A stretch of 35,105 nucleotides of DNA from Halocafeteria seosinensis. Taxonomy: Eukaryota. Position 1 is the stretch's first letter; each line of letters opens with the position of its first letter. This document shows positions 28,835 through 35,105 of this stretch, piece by piece. Where the stretch lies: assembly GCA_001687465.1 (NCBI GenBank), contig LVLI01000087.1, positions 1-35,105 on the forward strand, given 5' to 3'. The translations under genes and the position numbers were made by a program. Below the pieces are notes generated by a model, which saw only the letters and a program-made list of their open reading frames with translations, was not told the origin of the DNA and made no database searches.

Positions 28835-29110
28835 ATGGGAGTTGAAATTCATAAATGTGAAAGATGTGATGGAGCTTACACAGAATTTGACGTTCCAAGT
28901 GTTTTAATTAAATTATCAGATAAAGAAGATGATGAATTTACTTTTTCTTCATTATGTTATGATTGCCACGACTTTTTCCTTAAAAGTGAAATGCTTGAAT
29001 TATATCCTATTTTCGATCCTGAATGTGATTTTAATTACAAACTAAAAGAAGGTTTTAAACTTGTTAAAAAGCTGAAAACAATAGAATATTATGATATTGA
29101 AAAAGTCTAA
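28835..29110 (+). CDS. Small zinc-binding protein
   Basis: CERC and CYDC pairs in a 91-aa ORF ending just before the right TIR. Confidence 0.7.
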   Translation: MGVEIHKCERCDGAYTEFDVPSVLIKLSDKEDDEFTFSSLCYDCHDFFLKSEMLELYPIFDPECDFNYKLKEGFKLVKKLKTIEYYDIEKV

Positions 29111-29117
29111 TTTTTAT

Positions 29118-29322
29118 GTAACGTTTCAGTTCATAAATTTTAAAGTGAAATTTTTAACATTAACTTTTAAGTGAAATTTTTAAAGTAACATTTTGAATTA
29201 ACTTTTGAATGTAATTTTAAATATAAAGTAACATTTGTATTTAAAAAATTATAATGGGGAGTTTTCTCCTAGTTCTGTAGGGAGCTGGGGAGTTATCCCT
29301 GTGAGTCTGGGGTTTGAATCCT
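29118..29322 (-). repeat. Right terminal inverted repeat
   Basis: Ends ...GGGAGCTGGGGAGTTATCCCTGTGAGTCTGGGGTTTGAATCCT, the reverse complement of the left TIR. Confidence 0.93.
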
Positions 29323-29572
29323 GTATGATGTGACAATGGCTCTATCTATACTACTACCGAAATTTTTTTGAATGAGCCCCATGATTGTGCTTGATGACCA
29401 TAGTTATAATTGTTACTATTTATTGTGGTTAATAAGGAACTCGCTATCAAGATAAGTCGGGATTTGGGAGGCGTCTGAAAACGGCTCGTCATAAAGGGCT
29501 GGCAGCTGAGGGATAACATTCATGGCTTCTTCCTCCGTCACGTAGGATTCTGTATGGTCGGTCCTAAGGTGC

Positions 29573-29883
29573 TCAGAACTCGTACCGGGCTATCACGTCG
29601 AATATGGGGGGATGGTTTTTGCTATTTTTTTCCTAGCTGAGTATGCTAATATGCTGCTTATTAGTGCGATAACAAGCCTATTCTTCTTGGGAGGGTGGCT
29701 ATCTCCTTTTACGAATATTCCTGTTTTAGGCTCGCTATTTGCTTGGGTGCCAGGTGTGATTTGGTTTGTATTAAAGACATGCTTATTTATGTTTGTTTAT
29801 TTTTGGATGCGGGCTACTTTTCCACGCTATCGTTATGATCAATTAATGTATTTGGGATGGAAGGTATTGATACCAATAAGCGG
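29573..29883 (+). pseudogene. nuoH: Bacterial NADH:quinone oxidoreductase subunit H, C-terminal fragment
   Basis: [27 protein letters not shown]...FLGGWLSPF...[27 protein letters not shown]-terminal two-thirds and the last helix are absent. Confidence 0.9.
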
Positions 29884-30564
29884 TATCACCTCGGCCACTC
29901 TTCGACATCGCTCCTGAGTAAAAAGATTAAATTTCAAGAATAGTTGGCATTGCTCTTTAAGCTCCGTCATATTACTTTGATCGGGCTTGCTTTGACATGT
30001 TTCACATTGATGCTTAAAATGATCGTAAGATGAATGATTATTTAATTTTGATGCAATGTCTTCTGGAGTATAAATAGTTATCTCCGGAAAAGGCGCTTTA
30101 ACTACTTTTAAAGGGTTTTTACGTTTTATAATTTTATCGCGAAGGTTTACCAAGTATTCCGCTAATTGGTTAAAAAGAACCTGATCATCTGGAAAATTAA
30201 TTAAAAGAGCAGAACTCACTCCTACTTGTAGAGAATACTTTTGACATGAAACTGGTTTTTGGGATAAAGCTGCCCATTTTAAAATATTAGTTAAAAGACA
30301 ATTGAAATTTTCATTTCTCATCTCAAAATAGTTTTTTTGTTCTATAATATTAACGTCCTCACTAGGTATATCTTGTTGATTAGCAATTTTCTCTATTTCA
30401 ATTTTCAACAAATTAAGTAGTTGGTTCTGTTTATATTTTGAAACCTTTGCCAACAGATCTGTCATCAAATTATGGGAAAAACTCAGTGCCGTTACTAGCA
30501 CTTGAGATAAGGGAGACTCTGGCAGTGCGTGAATACAATAGCGATCAAGCAGCACGATAGCCAA
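29839..30564 (-). pseudogene. AT-rich ORF of unknown, probably bacterial, origin; likely chimeric at both ends
   Basis: Open 241-codon frame between the nuoH and smc fragments with similar composition; no motif recognised. Confidence 0.35.
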
Positions 30565-30935
30565 AAACCATCTTTTGATAAAATAGAATGACCTGCTTGG
30601 AGTGTCGAACGATAACTTAAAGCATGGTCCAATGACTCAGCTGTCCAAATTGATGCGAGCAAATCAATTTCTGCGCCAGGACCTTGTACATAATTATTTA
30701 ACGGGGCAAGTTCGTTTTGAGATGATTTTTTTTGCTGGTTATTATTGCCTTCAATGAAAGTTAAATCTTGTTCACAATCTTTAATCTGCGCTAAATAATT
30801 TTCTACTTCTGTTAGATAAACTCCCTCATAAAAGCCGCTCAAAACAATTTCCACTAAAACTTCCCAGCCCGCCGCAACAGTAATTTTATCTGCCAAACGC
30901 GGTTCATTTGCTAAATATTGACCCTCTAACCAGTT
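30558..30935 (-). pseudogene. smc: Bacterial SMC hinge-domain fragment
   Basis: NWLEGQYLANEPRLADKITVAAGWEVLVEIVL...LLASIWTAESLDHALSYRSTLQAGHSILSKDGFWL resembles the gammaproteobacterial SMC hinge (PRLA..V..GWE.AVE.VL; S..S.DG.W). Confidence 0.75.
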
Positions 30936-32083
30936 TTAAAGGTTGTCAAAAAGCCGCGTCGCCTCGACAACCAGTGCCCCAGCCCAATCATTTGCAACAT
31001 TTTCTGAAAACGGCCTTTATTTTTATTTTATTTTACTGCACGAATCCAAGAGTACGGGGCCTTGTCGACATTCAGACATCATTGATCGACCACCAGTATT
31101 TAGTCGAGCACCACCAACGGCTTCGCCGACGGGAGCCCCGCGAAAAAGCACTTCTGCAAATTCTGCAACATTCAGAAGATGATACACGAAAGCTTCAAAC
31201 CTGTCCCAAGTGCTATATTTATCAAATTGCAAGCAGAGGAGGCGATGGTTCGGTTTCAGAAGTACATCACTGGAGTGTATTACTGCTCGAACGCCGCAAC
31301 TTAGTATCGCAGTGGAAAACTTCAGTATATCCTGCTCATGCAGAGGGGGACAGCGTCTTTTTAAATCCTCAATTCTTCTTATTGTTGTGGGAAGCTCTGC
31401 AGTCAGCGACTGGGTCTTTGGCTTGTGGCGGACAAGCTGGTGTCACCGCGCCTGATCCTGCTCATTATCAGTTTTGGCTACGGCCTTGCTCTGACCCTGC
31501 CTCTGGGCTGTTCACAGATGACCGATGGGAAATGATATTTGGTTGGTATCACCCAGAAACGTGGTGGTCTAAGCGGGTTCTCCAAGGATGGGCGTGTCAC
31601 CACACGGAAGCAACTGGGACCCTCCGTGGAGCTATCTTGCTTGTATCACGCGAGCAGGCAAATGACGCGACGAATCTCCTACTCCCCAATCTCCGTCCGT
31701 TGTGGAAACACCTTTTCTTAGATTACGAAGGGGCAGTACTCTACCTTGCACATGCTCCTAGCGGTTATCCGGAGCTCCAACAGTGGACTGCTCAAGTACC
31801 CCAAATCACGCTCCTCGCTGACCACCGTCAACAACGCTGCACCAACCTCAAAATGCCTTGGATACCTCTTCCACCAAATTTCGAGATAGTTCATTGGTGG
31901 CTTGGCAATTCCGTTGAGGAAACCATCGACTGGTATCTCGGGCGTCACTTCACGTACACTGTGCAGAATCATTCAATTCGCCTGTACGACAAGCTCAGTG
32001 CCATACCGTTTGTCAAAAAAGTAGGTGGGATCGGTGGATTACTTACTTTTTTGACTCAGTCAAAATTGGCCAACGGCCACTAA
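30908..32083 (+). CDS. Host hypothetical protein; start uncertain
   Basis: 391-codon open frame with a hydrophobic stretch (AFIFILFYC); its 5' end runs into the smc fragment, so it may be truncated. Confidence 0.4.
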   Translation: MLNIDPLTSFKGCQKAASPRQPVPQPNHLQHFLKTAFIFILFYCTNPRVRGLVDIQTSLIDHQYLVEHHQRLRRREPREKALLQILQHSEDDTRKLQTCPKCYIYQIASRGGDGSVSEVHHWSVLLLERRNLVSQWKTSVYPAHAEGDSVFLNPQFFLLLWEALQSATGSLACGGQAGVTAPDPAHYQFWLRPCSDPASGLFTDDRWEMIFGWYHPETWWSKRVLQGWACHHTEATGTLRGAILLVSREQANDATNLLLPNLRPLWKHLFLDYEGAVLYLAHAPSGYPELQQWTAQVPQITLLADHRQQRCTNLKMPWIPLPPNFEIVHWWLGNSVEETIDWYLGRHFTYTVQNHSIRLYDKLSAIPFVKKVGGIGGLLTFLTQSKLANGH

Positions 32084-32229
32084 AACAAAAAGCATCGGGG
32101 GTAAAAAATTCAGGGGAGATGAAGGGTGAAAGAAAATCGGGGGGCAATGCCCTGTGCGTGATGGGAGGGCCGTCCGAGTCTTGTGATGGCGGAGCTCACC
32201 CTGTTTTCCGCCCCACCTACTTTTTTGAC
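32012..32229. repeat. 218-bp segment bounded by perfect 18-bp inverted repeats (MITE-like)
   Basis: GTCAAAAAAGTAGGTGGG (32012-32029) and CCCACCTACTTTTTTGAC (32212-32229); partial internal copy TACTTTTTTGAC near 32044. Confidence 0.6.
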
Positions 32230-32705
32230 GACCTCTGACCCCCGTTTTCTCATCCTACAGAGGGACAAAACGAACAAAAAGGGGTATTACTAAAATAAAA
32301 TCAGTAACAATAAGATATGCACAAGTAGAATGCTCTCACATGTAACACATAGTGAAATAACTCAAGTTATTTTTTCGAAGTTGAAGTTTCGGACTAGAAT
32401 TCAAAAATGTTGAAACTTGACCACAAAAGTCCAGTAGGAAGACACAATAATGCCATCATCATCCAAACATGGATACGACAAGGTGTAGAAAATTCCATAC
32501 TGCTCAACTTCAATTCAATGGGACCAACGGCATCACAATGGATGTCCTTTGGGACCAACAGCACCTTCGGGAGTACATGAAGGACAACAACAAGACTGCC
32601 TATATCCAATTCAGCAACTCTCAGAAATCTGAATATAGGAACATCCTCCGGAATAACCGGAGACTACGTGCCTCCAACCAAGGGTCTAGTGGGTTCGGGA
32701 CAAAC

Positions 32706-32842
32706 TATCCCGGGATGCTCCCGCCCAGTATCCCGGGATGCTCTGGGATGCTCTGTCCGGGTATCCCGGGATGCTCTGCTGGAGTATCCCGGGATGCTCT
32801 CCGATTGTATCCCGGGATGCTCTCCGATTGTATCCCGGGATA
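32706..32842. repeat. Minisatellite with palindromic core ATCCCGGGAT, ~23-bp period
   Basis: TATCCCGGGAT at 32706, 32729, 32762, 32785, 32808 and 32831. Confidence 0.9.
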
Positions 32843-34377
32843 CCCTCACGAATCGCATCCCAAACGCATTTTAGTACCGTACATTCTATTTTTATTGACA
32901 GTAATGTAACAGTAGAGAGTATTATACTTTTATGCATAAGAATGGTGTTTTTACAGTAGAAAGGCGGCCAAAATTGTACCATAATGGGCGAATTGGATCT
33001 CGTTTTTTCCGGCTCGAGCTTAGCCTTCGCTAGGTCGCTCAAGAATGCCTGTCATTTTGTGTTATACTGACTCCTATGGAGCGAAACTCCGTACACGTAC
33101 TCTATATCGAATGCGGATCCTGTTCATTTGAAATGCTTCCAGAAATATGAAGAAGGATGCGATGAAAAAGGGGCATTAATGAGGGGAACTTGGTGTGAAC
33201 TTCAGTGTGAAGCCGTCCGCCGGGCATACCTTAAAAGAGCCTAATATCTTCGTTGGGATGACTGTCTGACCTGAAGATGGTACCAAATGATTTATCGTTG
33301 ATATAGCGAGGGTAATATGACCTTGGATAGCTCCTAAGCCTTACCGGATACTCCTAGATACGGCCGAGAAAGCAGCGGCCAAAACTAGCGAGGAGGAGGT
33401 ACCAGTGACGAAAACATGCGCCGCAACATTACGCGATTACAAAGACGAATGGGCCAGGCAGATACCAGTTCCCAAGTTCATATTTCTTGTAGGCTTTACA
33501 TCGTGCACATATATCGTTGCTGCGTCTGTTTGGACACCACCATATCGAGCCCCCCAACGAGGATACCCGAACTACTCCCCTGACTGCGAAATATGCAGAA
33601 ATTCCAACGCCGTAGAGCACCCAGGATAGAGGTGTCGGGCATCTCCTTTGCGTGAATTCCTTTACAACGTACGTTCATCTGTGTTTGTTGGTGATGCTTT
33701 GTGGCGTCCGTCATCGGGGATACTTTGAAACGAGGTTTAGACGACGATGGCTTTTTCCTCGGAATTCGGCTGCGCTGCCAGCGGAAAAGCGGGTTCGGTA
33801 CAAGACTGTTTATCTATGTTCTATTAGGAGTCCTGGATCAGTATTTTGATTTTCATATGGGAATTCATAATATCTTTGCTGGAGGAAAAGTTTTTCTGGA
33901 TTTGGCAGAGTTGGATACTCCTAGTCCTGATGATGGACTCGGAGACCGCCGAACCGGCGCGGGTGGCGAAATGAGAGTTCTGTACCACGTCTAACTTGAG
34001 ACGTACCAATCTCCAAATGCAACGTTTGATTTGAATCAAACTCTAAGTAACATCATTCCGCTGTATGCAACATTAATCGGGAGTATTGGGGTAAGAGATA
34101 CCTCCAAAATAGTATCGTAAATGAAGGCTTTCGGACGAGTATCGGAGCAAGAAACCTGGAAAGTTATACATGCTTTCTAAGTCAAATCGAGGCAGGGGAA
34201 AACTGCGGGGGCTCTCGTTCCTTCTTCTATATTGAAAATCCTTTTGATCGCATCCATTCAAGTGAAATTTGTCGAAGACGGATACTCCCAAAGAGTGTTG
34301 TGAAATCGAAGTCTTCTACTGAAGTTCGCGTGGGGAGAAGAGTGCAGCTCTAACCTTATTGAGTTCGGGCATACGGA

Positions 34378-35004
34378 GTGCATGAGTCCACAAATCACCA
34401 TCACAGTTGCCTGTCGATTCTATACGTGTACGTAATCGGGATTACGGTGCCCCGGATAACCTCAGACTTTGGGTCTTGGACGAAAGGCTTTGGGGCGTTT
34501 AGAGGGCCAGCAATGTTCAAAGTGGGAGATGCCTTTTGTGTGCAATGCTGGTGGGAACACTATTGGCGCTCTAAATCCTTACTTTGTATTTTGTTTCCTT
34601 TGCATGCAGCTATTCATGCAGAATTCATTGTAGGTGGATACTCTAAACCAGGATGGAAGTTGGAGGCTGCCACAAGCGGTGGAGTGCGGAAAGTAGAATA
34701 TCATTCCCATCACTGTTTCGGCTCATTAAGGGAGTACTTGAATGGTTTGTTTCCTCTTAGTCAGTCTTCCGGACCATCTTTCCTGTCCATGCATGTTCCT
34801 TCAGCTTTGGACAGCGTCCAAGAGGTAGGTGCAGGTGTTTGCCCAACGCAACGTAACCATATTGATTGCGGGCCTCTAGTCGCCTGCGTGATGCGTTCTC
34901 TAGCATGGGACCTCCCGTTTGATTTCTCCCAAGAGACAATCGACGTCGAAAGAGCTAATATAGCTCTACAGTTGATCAAGGCATTTGCAGAAGATACAAG
35001 ATAG
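34378..35004 (+). CDS. Ulp1/C48 peptidase-like C-terminal domain, possibly inactive or partial
   Basis: ILFPLHAAIH, VEYHS (where YDS is usual) and PTQRNHIDCGPLV...FDFSQ...RANIALQL. Confidence 0.6.
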   Translation: MHESTNHHHSCLSILYVYVIGITVPRITSDFGSWTKGFGAFRGPAMFKVGDAFCVQCWWEHYWRSKSLLCILFPLHAAIHAEFIVGGYSKPGWKLEAATSGGVRKVEYHSHHCFGSLREYLNGLFPLSQSSGPSFLSMHVPSALDSVQEVGAGVCPTQRNHIDCGPLVACVMRSLAWDLPFDFSQETIDVERANIALQLIKAFAEDTR

Positions 35005-35105
35005 GCGAAGTACCAAAGTCAAGCGTGCTGTAAATTCGTCCCCAGTAAAACTTGCAATTGTACCGTCTCCGCCTTAAGCGAAAAAGCATCCAACCATTGT
35101 ACACT

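Larger units (their letters stand above)
4702..29322. mobile_element. Endogenous Polinton/Maverick-class virus (Polinton-like virus), ~24.6 kb
   Basis: TIRs at both ends, sharp shift to AT-rich gene-dense intronless DNA, and hallmark genes: rve integrase, pPolB, penton, MCP, A32-type ATPase. Confidence 0.95.

Noticed and set aside
29612..29917. Functional nuoH gene or bacterial origin of the whole window
   Set aside because: Fragment only, with no nuo operon neighbours; the flanks carry eukaryotic hAT and Ulp1-like sequences.
32706..32842. CRISPR array
   Set aside because: Linkers are only ~7 nt, two are identical, and there are no cas genes; it is a minisatellite.
32469..33042. Several overlapping ORFs with PG/SRD repeats
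   Set aside because: Open frames arise largely from the stop-free minisatellite.
34378..35004. Ulp1-like ORF as the element's maturation protease
   Set aside because: It lies 5 kb outside the right TIR in host-composition DNA.

Overview
The window is dominated by an AT-rich, near-intact ~24.6 kb endogenous Polinton/Maverick-class DNA virus (4702-29322) integrated in more GC-rich eukaryotic, probably protist, DNA. It has imperfect ~190-205 bp terminal inverted repeats (TIRs) with AG...CT ends. It encodes an rve integrase with chromodomain, a protein-primed PolB, a penton, a putative double jelly-roll MCP, an A32-like packaging ATPase, a lipase, three fibre genes and four homing-endonuclease-type genes. 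Unusual cargo includes a nucleocytovirus VLTF3-like factor, a complete tRNA-His(GUG), a stop-interrupted Tlr6F-like gene, a four-copy structured intergenic element with covarying stem, and palindromes before many start codons. No maturation protease is recognisable. The left flank holds a PKDCC/POMK-like kinase gene and a broken hAT transposon. The right flank holds a mosaic of bacterial nuoH and smc fragments, a MITE-like inverted repeat, a palindromic minisatellite and a Ulp1-like ORF. All family assignments come from reading motifs by eye; no searches were run.
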